From assembly GCF_009834535.1 (NCBI RefSeq), contig NC_045700.1:87296001-87360000 (forward strand): DNA of 64,000 nt, given 5' to 3'. The notes below the pieces were generated by a model. The model ran no database searches, was not told the DNA's origin, and saw only the letters and a list, made by a program, of their open reading frames with translations. This DNA comes from Camelus ferus (taxonomy: Eukaryota). Of this stretch, positions 10,618 through 23,959 are shown one piece after another (the first letter of the stretch is position 1; each line of letters starts with the position of its first letter). The translations under genes were made by a program, and so were the position numbers.

Positions 10618-10938
10618 CACGTCATCTAATAGAAATATAATGTGAGCCACACTAGGCGCCACATATGTAATTTAAAATTTTCTAGTGGCCACATTAAAAA
10701 AGAAAAAGAAATAGGTGAAATTAACTTCAATAGATTTTATATATTCTAATACATCCATAGCAGTATCATTGCAACATGCAATCATTATTAAAAACATTAA
10801 TAGATATTTTACAATCCGCTTTTCATTTTAAGTTTTCAAAATCTGGTGTCTGTTTTGCACTTCTAGAACCTTTCAGTTCAAGTAGCCACATTTCAAGTTT
10901 TTGTAGCCATATGTGGCCACCATCTTGGACAGCGAAGA
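10618..10938. mobile_element. MER33-like hAT-Charlie element, near full length
   Basis: ctaatagaaatataatgtgagccac...tttaaaattttctagtggccacattaaaaaag...tagccacatttcaag...atcttggacagcgaag. Confidence 0.85.
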
Positions 10939-11885
10939 TCAGGTAAATCGCACACAGATACAAGAGGGGGTTACAGTCCATAAGGATGTATCTCTGGTTG
11001 GAATATATTTTGTTTATTTGCCATAAGAGATAAATGTGTCAAAATGACAAACTTTAATTAAAGACAATGAATCAGCATGGATTTTTCCTAAATACTCGTG
11101 CAACTTTTTCTCCAGAAAATGAAGATAGCTAGCCTTGGCCACAATGCTTATAGCTATACAAATTACCATTTACTTAATTATATTGCTCCATTGTCAAAAT
11201 ATGAGTAAGTTATGTAGATAAAGAATTGAAGAAACATCACAGACACAGCAAACACTTGGCAAAAACATGGAGAAAATGAGAAGTATATTGAAAACCAACA
11301 TGCCACACCTTGCCTTTCGTCTTAAGATGTAAACTAAATTATCACTAGAGCTCAGCTAGATAACACGGTTACTGTTACCCTGAACAAATTGCTTCAAAAG
11401 GATCTCCAGTTTTCCACTCTGAAAAGGATGATACTGTATCTATTGCCGGAAAAGTGCTCAATAGAAAATAAGTACCCAGCTTTCTGTTCAAACTATAGTT
11501 ATTTTATTATCATTAATAAAAGTAGGAAGGAGAGAAAAGGACAAAGACAGGCATGTGGCTAGGTGCTGGGGACTCACTGATAAACCAAACAGCCTGAATC
11601 CCTGGCCATGTTGGATTTGGGAACCCAGTGAAGTAGAGGAGAGACGCAAGAACTCGGTAAACAAATGTGCAACTATGGATCGTGGTTCCTGCTGGGAAAG
11701 AACAGGATGTGGTGATGGAGGAGAAAGCTTCTACCTGAGCTAGCCTTTCTGAGGAACCAGCTTACGGACTAAGCCCAAGGAACCAGCATGGAGACAGCCT
11801 TGGGAAGCACTGAGGAATGTGGTCCAGGCAGGACCCCTTGACAGTGGAGAGAGACGAGATACTTCCACTTTTGCAGCTCCTGGAT

Positions 11886-12420
11886 TGTCAAAGAATAAAA
11901 CCAAGACCAACAGAACTTTTTTAAAAGGGAGAAAAAAAGCTGAGTTTATTTACTCACTACCAAGGGAATGCATGCCCCTGAACATAGGCTGAGTGTTTTG
12001 TTAGAGGTGGGATGAGGGATGGGAACTAGAGAGTCGGGGGCCCCAGAGAGGACGGGCTCATGGTGGTTGTACTAATTAAGGGTGGAAAATTGCTCACCGA
12101 ATAGGGTAGAATAAGTCCACGGGCCTGTGTATAGCTGATCACGGTATGATTTTAATGTTTGTACTTAACTAATTAGTATTTTAACAAGAAAGAGATGACG
12201 CAGTGCATTATGCTGTCCATGAGATAGTTGTCACATTAGCAATGGATGAGTAATGAATTCACACGGCGGCTTGGTAACGGGCACATATGTCTAGTGGTGT
12301 GATGAGAACCTTCTTTTGTTCCTGTTGATGTCCCTCTGCCTTCTCTTCAGCCTTACTGGGATGGGTCTAAACTGCTGAAGAGGCCAAAGGGCCCTTGTCT
12401 GAGCTGAGACAGGCCCACAC
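11886..12420 (-). mobile_element. Probable ERV solo LTR (family not assigned)
   Basis: Begins tgtcaaagaataaaacc with LTR-like reverse composition. No clean TSD found. Confidence 0.4.
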
Positions 12421-12475
12421 AAGGGAAGGCTCTAAGCCAGGAGAGGATGAAATGCAGTTAAGGACCTGGAGGGCT

Positions 12476-12625
12476 CCTCGCTCAAAGTAGCACCAGCCTC
12501 CCTGGGGAGCTGGTTAAGAAGACAGAATGTCATGTCGGGGTCCACGCCAAACCTCCTCGACTTAGAATCTGCATTTTAACCAATCCAAGGGATTCCTGGG
12601 CGTGCTACTGTCTGAGAACTGCACC
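12476..12625. mobile_element. MER5-family MITE, degraded
   Basis: ctggggagctggttaagaa...cttagaatctgcattttaac...gtctgagaactgc. Confidence 0.6.
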
Positions 12626-13479
12626 AGCCTTGTTAAGAACCCTGGAGCATACTTCAGTGTGATACAATGGCACTGGAGTGTTTCAGAAGGACTCTAGGTC
12701 GACAGAGCAGTTGCTTAGTCTGTCCCTGTTAATTAATTCAGTGCAATTAACTTGATGATTATTTATGGACATGCAAAGGAAAGTTAAAAATCCAGTCCAA
12801 CAGGGAAAATAAAAATCCAGTCCATAGTCTAAATCTCTGTACATACAATATCAGACTATCAAAAAATGAAACTTCCACATATCATGGTAGATATTATATA
12901 TGTCTGTATGTGTGTATATGTATAAATATACACATATATATATTTAAAGAGTATTCTATATTCTCAGAGTTTTGGTGTTAACTGTGGGGAGATAGTGACA
13001 AAAAAAGGAATAATTTTCAGAGCTATTTAAAATGCAACCATATAAAAATCTTTTACTTTTCTGACTGTAGTTTTGGGGTAAGTTGGGAATTTTCCATTTT
13101 TAATCTTTAAGATCGATGTTTGTTAATTAGATTGTCTCTTCAAATTGATTTCTTAGAGAAGTGATCTCAGTGTTTAAAAATAAGTTCAAGTGTATTTAGA
13201 AACCTTGGGAGATTTGTCATTATGTAGACAAAACAGTTAGGTCACTGGATTTTTTTCCCACCAGGATATTTTGTCATTACGTGAACTTTTCAAAGAAAAA
13301 GTTCTAAGAGTGGAAAGTTGAGAAATTTGCAATATTTTCCCTTTGAATCAAATGCCAAAATATGTCTGGAAAGAGGCAACAGGGCTAATATTCATTTTCT
13401 TTGTTTAACCAGATGATAGAATAATTTTATGCTGTTTATTTATGTATGAAATTAGGAAAAACTGAAGAGTTCATATCCT

Positions 13480-13860
13480 AGCTTTAAAAATAAAAAATTG
13501 CATGTGTTGTACAAAATTTGGAAAGTGCTTAAAAGTATAAAAAGAAATACAAAAATAAAAATTATCCATAATCATATTACCTATAGATGATTACTGTTAA
13601 CATTTGGTCCATTTCCTTCCAGACTTTTTTTTCATTCTATTTTTTTTTTAACCTAAGAAAAGACTGGAGAAAATTTTCTGTGTCATTAATTGTCCCAAAT
13701 ATCATTTTTAAATGTCTACAGAGTACTTCATTGCAAGTGGTACCATAGCTTATTTAAGTAATGCTCTTCTGCTGATTATTCTGGTTATTTCCAGCTGTTT
13801 AGACATAATACTACAATGGAACTCCTTGAAGATAAACATTCACAAAAATTATATTTGAAA
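13480..13860 (-). mobile_element. Old L1ME-type 3' fragment
   Basis: aaaatttggaaagt...attatccataatc...actgttaacatttggtccatttccttccag motifs. Confidence 0.5.
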
Positions 13861-14519
13861 TAATTGTGTGTGTAGATGCTTTCTTATCAAATGTCTGATT
13901 TTATGCACTTTTGACAGTTAGATGGCAAGGTGATACTATTCTTGATTTACACGTGAGGGTCTGATCCAAGAGCATCATCAAGTTAGTGGAGGAAGTGGAT
14001 TTAGAATTGGGAGTTCTGCTCTTTGGGGCTCTTCAACAGGGCCCTTTCCTACCAGAAAATTCACAGATAATGGAAAAAGGGTGTCAGATGCCACTTTATC
14101 CATTATTTAAATAACTAAGCAATGTTTTGAGATAAAGTTGGGTTTTTTTTAATGCTTTGGTTATGAAGAATGAATGATTCCTGACACTGCTCTCCTTTTA
14201 CAATCAAAATGCCTATGGAATACCTTTATTATTGAAGTATTATTTAGAAATCTAGAACCTTCAGTCTGGAAAGAATTTAACCTATTTTTATGTTGCTTCC
14301 CTTACTGGACTCCTTGAAGACAGGTGTCGTGTCATCCATCTTTGTGGTTCAGTTCTTGACATCCACACTTGGTATAGCTGGTCCTCAATGAATGTTTATA
14401 GAATTGGACCTACATTTTATTAAACACTAAAATGAAAAGATCAATAATGAATTAGCAGATCCTTTAATCCTTTGGTATAGTAATAAAATTATTTTTCAAA
14501 TGAAATATTTTTAAAGATG

Positions 14520-14998
14520 TACTCCAGTTTTAGTTATTATAACATACTGGCTAGATTCCCTTGCTGTACAATATACGCTTGTAGCTTGTTTCTTTTATAC
14601 AGCATATTTTGTACCTCTTGATCCCATACCCCTATATCTCCTCTCCCCTCTTTCTTCTTCCCAATGGTAACCACAAGTTTGTTCTCTATATCTGCAAGTT
14701 TACTTTTTTGTTTGCTTTACTTTTTAGATTTCATTTATAAGTGATAACATACAGAATTTTGTCTTTCTCTGTCTGATTTATTTTGCTGAGCATAATACTC
14801 TCCAGGTCCGTCCATGTTGCTGCTAATGGTGAAATTTCATTCTCTTTTATGGCTGAGTAGTATTCCATTGTATATAATATATCACATATTGTTTATCCTT
14901 TCATTGGCTTGATGAACACTTAGGTTTCTTTCATATCTTAGCTATTGTAAATAATACTTCTATGAACATTGGGACGCATGAATCTTTTTAAATTAATG
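14520..14998 (-). mobile_element. L1 3' end (artiodactyl type), running into an assembly gap
   Basis: ggtaaccacaagtttgttctctatatc...tttatggctgagtagtattccattgt...gctattgtaaataatacttctatgaacattggg. Confidence 0.88.
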
Positions 14999-15180
14999 NN
15001 NNNNNNNNNNNNNNNNNNNNNNNNNNNNNNNNNNNNNNNNNNNNNNNNNNNNNNNNNNNNNNNNNNNNNNNNNNNNNNNNNNNNNNNNNNNNNNNNNNNN
15101 NNNNNNNNNNNNNNNNNNNNNNNNNNNNNNNNNNNNNNNNNNNNNNNNNNNNNNNNNNNNNNNNNNNNNNNNNNNNNNNN
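14999..15180. other. Assembly gap (182 N)
   Basis: Run of N. Confidence 1.
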
Positions 15181-15194
15181 AGTTCAGATGAAAT

Positions 15195-15420
15195 ATTGAA
15201 TGTTTCATTGATTAATTCAGCTAGATGATGGGAACAAAGACAAAATCAACCTGGCCCCTTCTTCCCTCATGGAATATGTCACCAAGTGAGGGGTTTAGAT
15301 GAGTACACAGGCAATAGCAATAAAATTACACATGCTAGATATAACAGGACAAACATGCAAAGGCAAAATCTGAGTGGAGTTGAAAAGCAAGAATATAGAT
15401 CAGTAACTGTACAGAACACT
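15195..15420 (-). mobile_element. L2 3' fragment
   Basis: cattgattaattcagc...gggaacaaagacaaaatcaacctggccc...ccctcatggaat is the reverse L2 end. Confidence 0.55.
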
Positions 15421-16959
15421 GAACATGTGCACCGTGTATTAAGCAAGTGTGTAAGGGCAGTGGAGCCAGAAAGTAGTAAGACTTTGGTGGCTTAAAAAAG
15501 TAGCTTATACTCAAAGTAGAGTACTTTAAAATGTTGGAGCGAGTGCAGAATGCAGCATATAGAATTACTGGGCAGTATTTTGACCTTCTTTCAGCCTCTG
15601 CCTCAGCTGGAGCTCTTCTGAGTGTTTGGCAGCAGAACTCCAAGGTTTACACACATGGACCGGATTCTCTTTATTTTGACATCTTAGGCAAAATCAGATT
15701 CTGAACTCCCCTCCAAAAAGTGATAAAAACTAAGAATAATAGTATATCTGAAATCTCAGAGAAAGATAAGGTTCCTACTAATTGGAAGCCAGGCTATGTG
15801 CCCATGCAGACGCCAAAGCTCTCTAATTGCTGCAGATAAGCTGGAGAAGGCTAAAGGATGGGTTTATCCAGTACTGCCTGTGCCTGGGACTGTGCCCACA
15901 GAGCCAGTCAGACTTCCTGCTCCCTGAGACCTACTCAGGGCTCTCAGAGATAAAGCATTCAGAGCCCATGTGACTGGAACAAGTGGCATCTCCAGACCCT
16001 AGGAGGGCAGTCTGGCAGGCAAGGACATCTGAGGCACCCTGCCTTCCAAGAGAAGGAATTCTGAGCAGCAGTAAGAGCCCCTCATCCCATGCCAGAAGGA
16101 AGACACTGTTGTGACAGTTTAGGGCAAGTCACTTGATTTCCAAGACTCTTCATTTCCTCAATCACAAAATGTGGTAATAAAACTATCCCTCCTATCTCCA
16201 GAAATAATACAACTGAACGCGTTTTGCACGCAGTAAGGCACGCTACAAATGCCAAGTAGTATTGAGACAGGAATGAGCTTCAATATCAGGAAAGCAGTAG
16301 TCCAAATATGTTTCTTATGCTCATTTAATTCTCCTATTATTTTGTGACCTAGTATCAACTTCCTGGAATGTATTAAGGAGTTTCTTATTTTCAAAAATAT
16401 TATTCAGTGCATTCTTTGCTGCTGGTATTTTCTAATAACATTATTTGGAGACATCAGCAGAAATGGCATCCTCCCCTTAGCGCTGTCTCCATCAAAAAAT
16501 GAACAGTTTATTGACTTTACACCATCCTGTGTAAATACTGATGCCGAAACTTAGCCAACGATTTCATCACTTTTAGGGTGACTTTCCGAATACCTCAACT
16601 AAAATGCGTGTTAATTACAGAGATAATGCTGGATCACGTTTAATATTAATAATCTGGTCCTTTCTTATCTTTAAAAATGTAGGCTCTTCGGCATATATTT
16701 AAAACAGAAGCCATGTAAACCAGCTTTGGCACACAGCCTCCCCCAAACTCTATTAATGTGTAATCAGCTGCAACAGGGTAGAAAGTGTAAATTCATTTTT
16801 TGCACATTCACTGAGTGCTATTGTGCTAAGGAAACTCTTGGAATAGCCTTCAAACAGAGGATGGATGCTTCAGGAGTTTCAAGATGTAGCTACTGGAACT
16901 AACAATCAGACCTGGCAAAAATATTTTTCCTGTGTTGATTTTTTTTCCTAACAATAAAA

Positions 16960-17640
16960 GTTATTTTATGTCCATTTGTGAACATTAGAAATATATAGAT
17001 AATAATAAAAACAAAGCAAAACAAAAAGCACTCCTAATATAAGAACCTAGAGGTAGCGAGTGTTAATATTTTGGTATATTTGTATAAAAATGAGGTCACA
17101 CAGCATGTGGCATTTTGTATCCTGCTTTTTTGGCATTATATTATATTGTTATTGTTTTCTCACGTCACTTAATATCTTTTAAAAATGAATGCATGCTATT
17201 TCATCATGTTTATATACCATAATTTAACCTAAATTTGGATATTATAGACAAAGCTGTAATGAATTTTTGCCTGTTTATAATTTCTTTTTATAATAGACTC
17301 ATAGAGTAGAATTATTAATTAGATCAAGTGTTATAATTTTCTCTCTTTTTATACCTCAAGTTCTACTTGTTCAATAATAGACATAATTTAAATACTATGC
17401 AAAAAGAAATCAAGATTATGCCAAATCCTATCATGTAAATATAACTAGAGTTCACATTTTGACATTCTTTAGCTTCTTTTTTTAATTTAATCCAAAATAT
17501 GATTTGGTGTATAATGAGCAGAGTATCTAAATTTTAAAAATTTCTCCAAACTAGTCAACTTTTCCAACAGGTTATTCTGCAGTAATCTACCCATTCTCAT
17601 TGACGTCGAGTGATCTCAGTTCTGCTCCCAAATGGATGTC
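16960..17640 (-). mobile_element. Old L1ME-type fragments
   Basis: cctagaggtagcgagtgttaatattttgg...tgctatttcatcatgtttatataccataattt. Boundaries approximate. Confidence 0.5.
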
Positions 17641-19029
17641 TTGTATAAAGTCAGGATTTTCTTAGAACACAGATCTGCTGATGAGATACACAGCTAATGG
17701 CCACAAATAAAATATGGGGTTTATGAGTCCTTCTTGTCATAGACCTGGAGTCAGCCTCATGTTAGACTGTTAGATGTAAAGACCCTCACCTCAGTCGGCC
17801 CACTATTTCTCAGTGCTCCTTAGCTGTAAATCTGGAATAAGGTAGGCTCAGAGATCCCATTAGCCCCCACCATAGGAAGCACCATTGGTTTTAGATCATC
17901 TGAAGCATTTGGAGAGAATGAGCTATTTTCAATCCATGTGCCAAAGAACAGTTTTGTCCTCTCCCAACTTAACTCCTCCCACCCCATCTCCTCGTGCTTC
18001 TCTCATGCATTTTTATGACCTTCTGGCTAGGTGACACTTGGGCCTAGAGTCTACTAGACTGTTTTCTAGGTGTCTTGAAGGTCAGTATGGCTTAAACCAT
18101 GCATCGGAGTTAGAACAAAATTGATTTCCTTATATCAAATTAAGCAGTAACTTGATAAGCATTATAGTGCATTATAATCTCAGGAGTAGATTTTATATTG
18201 ATTGCATTACAATCTTATAAGCAAATATAGTGCAGAGAAAAACAGAATTGAAATAAAGGAAAGACCTTAAAACTCACGATTTTGTAAAGGAGGAAGATGT
18301 TAGAAATTTTGACCTGCACCTATTGAAACACAGTATCAGTCAGACCTCTCCTGAGTCATCATATGTATAAGATTCAAGAACTTTTCTTTAAGCAAGTTAA
18401 CATGAATGCAGTGTGTTCAGCATCTTCTGATGAAAAGCCAGAAGGCTGATACCAATTACTCTTAACATCCACCCACTAACACACTGTAAATGATTTACCA
18501 GGGAGCCTATTTCAATAACGCTCACCTTCAGAAAGTAGCAGTCAGAAAAGCTTCACTAAAGCCAGGCTTGTTTTTACATGTGAAAATGCTGTGCTTTCTC
18601 ATATGAATAAATCACTGAATTGGTCTAAATAGAGTGGGTTCTTTGTTGTTGTTATTATAAGCTTTTCTTGGCCTAGAATTTTCCTGTTTATTCACTATGA
18701 AAAAGGGACGGTACTTTTTGTTTCTAAAATTGGAGTGGTGGTTCCTAATGATAAGCAAATGGAAGATGATCATGTTCGTCAGAACCTCAGTGAACCACGA
18801 CCCCCCCCCCACCCCCACCAAGAGATGATCTCCAACAGTTGGTCTCCGGAGTTTTTGTAGAGAAATACACTTGTGCATAGCTATTAGAATAAAATTAAGA
18901 AATTGCTAATTCTAATTGTATTTTCTCTCTGAACACTAAATCTATTATTTCTAATATGAGAACCCTTCTCTCATGTAAAACTTTTTCACAGACCCTGACT
19001 TGTTTGAGATGATAGTTGTCAATTATTAT

Positions 19030-19215
19030 ATAACTCTTCCCACCAAGAACTAGCTGTCTAGCCTCGGCTAAGTTTTTGAGCTTTATTCTCCTTATCTCTA
19101 AAAATGAGGACAATATTATGAACCTATAGGCTCCTACAAATGAAGATGATTAAATACGACAAGGTCTGTATGTGTTTAGCACCATGTCTGGGGTGTTGGG
19201 AGTTCAGGGAAGTGT
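19030..19215 (+). mobile_element. MIR SINE
   Basis: actagctgtctagcctcggctaag...ccttatctctaaaaatgagg...tttagcaccatgtctgg. Confidence 0.6.
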
Positions 19216-19719
19216 TCATGGCCGTGGTGTTTGGTGGCATTTGACCAAATCATCATTTGGTTTTTACTTAGTAGGACCCAGCAGTGAAATTTCTTTCCTA
19301 GTGACATTGTGTTTCCAGGCATTGGACTTATGAAAGATCTGACTTTCAAGCACATGTGAAGTAACTTCTAAGTAGTTAGATTCTTGAGGGTTATGCATTT
19401 CCAAAGGCAGTAGAGTGGTACTGTTTGCTTGCTTGGTTTGCCATTTTTTTAATTAGGAATTATATAGATAAACCTCTTGCATTGTTCTCCTTAAAAGAAG
19501 CATGTGGGACAAATGAGCCTGGGGTAACAGTGACCAGCACAATAACAGGATGAATCTGGGGAGCTTCTTAGAAACTAGAGGCTAGAAACATCTGAATGTT
19601 CCAACCAGAGACCGAAGTAGTGGGTGGGAATGAGGGAAACATAAATCAGAAGGCTCATTAATTGTATTTGACTTCACACCTTAGGTCAAACCAGGCAGAA
19701 GATTGACTGAAACTTGGTG

Positions 19720-20230
19720 GTTATCAGGCTTGGTCAGAAGGACTCACGCTAAGAGGAGACAGTATGTCCAAGGCCAATGAATAGGTGGGCAGACGGAAAC
19801 CAGGCAACGCCAGAAAACAGGGTGCAGTGGGCGTCTGCTCTTTTCCCCCTGACTGTCTCCTTTCTTCCTTTGGTGATAGCACGTCCATTTTACTTTAGGG
19901 AACTGTCCCCCCCGTTGCTTGTCCATCCCCTAGTGAAGGGTTGGCACATGACCCAAGCCGAGCCAGTCAAGTGCCCTCTCCCAGGAATTTGCATCTTCAA
20001 CTGCAAGTGCAAGGAGCTGATTCATCCTGACAGCAGTGCCCCGAAAAACTTTCCGTTCGTTTTTGTACCTTGATCCTCACAACAGCCCTGCGGCTGGTCT
20101 TTTCTGAGGCTTGTTTATTTAACTTTTCTTCAACTTCTGTGTGCTGCCCCATGTCATTCCAGCAAATTCCTCTTTTATCATTGAGTTAGGCTAAATAATT
20201 TCTGTTGCTTGCCACCAAAGAACCCTGGCA
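19720..20230 (+). mobile_element. LTR16-like ERVL solo LTR
   Basis: ggcacatgacccaagccgagccagtca and the 3' end aaattcctc...tttctgttgcttgccaccaaagaaccctg are typical of LTR16. Confidence 0.6.
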
Positions 20231-21968
20231 AGGATTCAGGAATCCAGACAACAGTCTGGCCAGCAGAACTGGTGGGTCAGCAACCTTCTACCCCAGCCAA
20301 GGAGCCTCTCACATTGACATGTGAGGAGAAAGTTACCCTCAGAAGCAACAAATTCAGGCCAGCAAGTGCACATGGATGAACTTTTGCTAGGAAACTGATC
20401 TGGCAGTGACCCAGGATGGACTGGGGAATGTGAGAACTGAGTTACTGATTAATCCTTGCTTATCACCAAATTATGAAGCACCTTCTGTTTTGTATACATC
20501 TGGTATGAGAGCCAGCCCAGGTAAAGTCAAGACTGACTCAATCAATTGATAAAAGAAATGGTAGCTATTGAAATGTTCTCTCTTCCCCAAAGACGTAACT
20601 TGGAATAACTGTATCTGACTTAGAACATTCATCAAAGTACCCTTGTTTGCCACCTTGGTTTCATCCCTCAAGAAGTTATGGCCCCTGCCTTTTGTACAAA
20701 GAAGGATCTGGTCAAAACTTTTGCTATGATACTCATTTCTAAGTCTATTTTCATTAACTATGTCCTTTTACTTTGTAGGGCCTGCCTTTTATTCTCCACC
20801 AGCAATAATCTTTTAACTGCTTTAAATAATTTAATTTGAACAGGTTTAAAGTTCATACCCAGAACCAAACAGACCAAACAGGGCACTTTAAGTATATAAA
20901 AAGTCTAATCTTTTTTTTTTTTCATTATGCACATTTTGGAAAAATTCTCTCTAAACTTGTGTACACATTCTTGACCCTTACTTTGCATAGCTGACTTGTC
21001 CGACTCTTGACATTAGGTTGATTTTTTTTTTTTTTAAAGAAGTGGATTCAGTCAACCAGATGGTAAAAAATAAAAAGCTTCTGGCCAAGTGCAAGGTTTA
21101 GTTGATGATTGATTAAATGAAGGATGGGTGGCTTGGGGAGATTGGCCACAGGGCTCTCAGCAGTTACCCTAGGTAGGTGGTGCGTGGGGCTGCTGGTCAG
21201 GACACCAAGGACAGACAAGATCTCCAGATGGACTGGTTAACATTTAGTTGTCTGAGGAAAAGAACAACCTGACAAGTTGTTCTTGCTTTTAACTATCAGG
21301 CAAAGCAGTTATTACTGGAAAAGCTATGGATAAGATAGGTTTAAGGTAGTGTGTTCACCTTCAAATATAAAAGGAATATGTATTTCGTTTAATTTATTAT
21401 ACAGTGCACTGACTTCCCTCCTCTCCCATGGAGCTATTTTAATATTTTATAAATATTTGGTCCAGTTGAGACCAGAAGGTGAGGGCCTTGTTGAAGCCCC
21501 TGGGTAATTGTGGTCCCCACAGAAGAGGGTGAATATTCCCTGTCAGGGAAGAGGTAAAAAGAGAACTGAAATTTAGAAGGAAAGGCTGTGACCAATCATT
21601 TTCAGACTTTAGTCTGCAGAATAGTCTTTTGGGGAGCATACTTTAAAGTGTGGGTTTCCTGGCGAAATCCTCCTGGTGTGGCCTGGGAACCCGCAGTTGT
21701 CACATCTCAGTTGATTCTAGTGCAAGTGGCCTTGGAGCTCTCTTGTAGAAATACTGATGGAAAAGAGGGGATGCCTGCCTCTCTCTGGGCCGCACCCTCC
21801 TGAGCCTGGAATTCCAGACCCTTGGGCCACTGGAAGAGCTCCCTGCTGTTAAAGGAGTCAGCATCTCCTCCTGGGCAGGGAGAGCTCTGGCAAAATAGGA
21901 CTGGACTATACATGGGAAGCCACAATGGCTAGTTGCATGTCAGTAACTCCATGTTTCTAACCCTTTTA

Positions 21969-22145
21969 AAAATACATATTTTATTTATATTTTGTGAGGT
22001 CTTTGTTTTTTTGTTTTCCTTTTGGTGGAGAGGTAATTAGGTTTATTTATTTACTTATTTATTTTAAGGGGGTACATGGGAATTGAACGTAGGACCTCAT
22101 GCATGCTAAGCTCACACTCTACCCCTGAGCTCTACCCTCCCTGCT
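21969..22145 (-). mobile_element. Camelid tRNA-derived SINE with a long tail and TSD
   Basis: Reverse SINE body (gggaattgaacgtaggacctcatgcatgctaagc...ctgagctctaccctccc) with the ggtaattaggtttattt tail motif. TSD tgtttctaacc(c)tttta at 21952-21968 and 22146-22161. Confidence 0.9.
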
Positions 22146-23959
22146 TGTTTCTAACCTTTTAGTAAAGTTTTCTTTCGTCAGTGGAGGAGGGTGGAAAGGA
22201 ATTATTTGGCATAACTTTTACTATGCATCTGAGCCATCTAGGGCTATACCTCCATCATATTCCTGTTGTGACTGAGACAAGGCACATTACACACTAAGAA
22301 GTCAAACAATATTACTCTTTTGATGGGGAGGTTGGTCGATGACTGCCCAGGAACGGGGGGGGGTGTGATGACACCACTGTCTCAGCCGCACCTCTAAGAG
22401 TTAAGGGGAGAATGTGATGCAGTCTCCCTCCCCGGTAAGTGTTGATGGCGGCATCACTGGTTCTGCTCTCCTAAAAGCAGACTAACACAGGTGGCAGCTA
22501 ATAGTGAGAGGCCTCCCAAGGGGACTTTGAATTTGGGTAACCTCAAATCAAAGCTACAAAGTCCAGCCACCTCTCCTCGCAAAGAAGTTCTTCCTCTCAG
22601 CCAACCTAGGAGGATCTTGAGTTGGGTTTTATTAAGAGGGCAAACAGTCTCCCTTATTTTTTAATAGGGTTGGTATGCAATGGGAGAGCGTGTAGACCAT
22701 CTGTTTTTGAGGGATATTCTATAAGACAAAATGCCATTATTTCAGGACACAAGTGAAGACTATGAAAGATTCCCTTCTGAGTTCTTCTTCTTAACTCAAC
22801 TTGTGAGAATCTTATTAGTACTTATCTTATTAGACTCACTTGGCTGCATTTGAATGTTAATTATTCAGTTTTGTTTTGGACAATGTGAAATATATATGAA
22901 TCTATATAACAGTAAGTCATGTAATAATTAGACTCTACTGCATGAGGGTTAAACAAAAATGCAATTAATTTAGCTGGGCTGAAAAGCTAGTGTCTGGTTA
23001 TCAGTATAAATATAATTCACTCTATACTATAGATGCATCCTAGAAAAAGCTCCAGGCAGAGAGATATCCAAAAATCTAACCATATTGTAAAATTAACTTA
23101 TATCTTCAAAAGAAAATTTAAATCCATCAAGGAATAAGCACTTAAGAATCATCTTTATATTGAAGTATTTACTGTATCTTTAATACACTTAGCAGGAAAA
23201 TTAAATGATATATCAGTACTAGCAATACAGGGCCAAAAAGTAGAGGAAAATGAAGAAAATTTAACTCTTGACAACATCATAAACTTATTTGCTTGGCATT
23301 GGGACAAATTTAATTCTTCCTGGGACAACTAGCTAGAAACAGCTCAGAGCAGCCCCTCTCGTTGATGGTCTCCTCACTTACTAGACAAATTCCAGCTATT
23401 TTCAGTACACCTGGTACTACAGGAGCACAACCAGGCATTTCTTCTGTCCTTGTAATCAAATGACATACTGCCTGTAAGAGTTTAGAGCATCTTACTCTGG
23501 ATGACAGAGTAATTCTTCATCTTCTTCAGGAATCAGGAAACCTGACAACCTTTGAGATATTGACTTACCAAGCTGCTGAATGGGTTCTTGTGTAAAATGA
23601 GAAAATCAGAGGTAGAGTGAGAGTGAGGATGGGGAAGTGACAGCGATCATGCTCCTCTAACCGGGATGGGTCTGGTAAGTCTGCGCAATGCTTTTGCAAA
23701 AATGGGCTTTGAACGGTGTGGCCATGGCAAGAGAAAAATATGGCAGCAGGGAAGCACTGTGTGCAACCCAAATGTGTCTGCACGCCATTTTGGATACAGA
23801 CAGATACAGACATACAGAAACATACATACATCTGGATGATGCTTTTTTCAATGGGGAACAGAGATTCTCCCAGTATCTCAAGAAATTGTTTTCTGTGAGT
23901 ATGTACACTGAGCAATAAGAGAAACAGGTATGAGGCAGGTCTCATTGATTATGGAAGTT

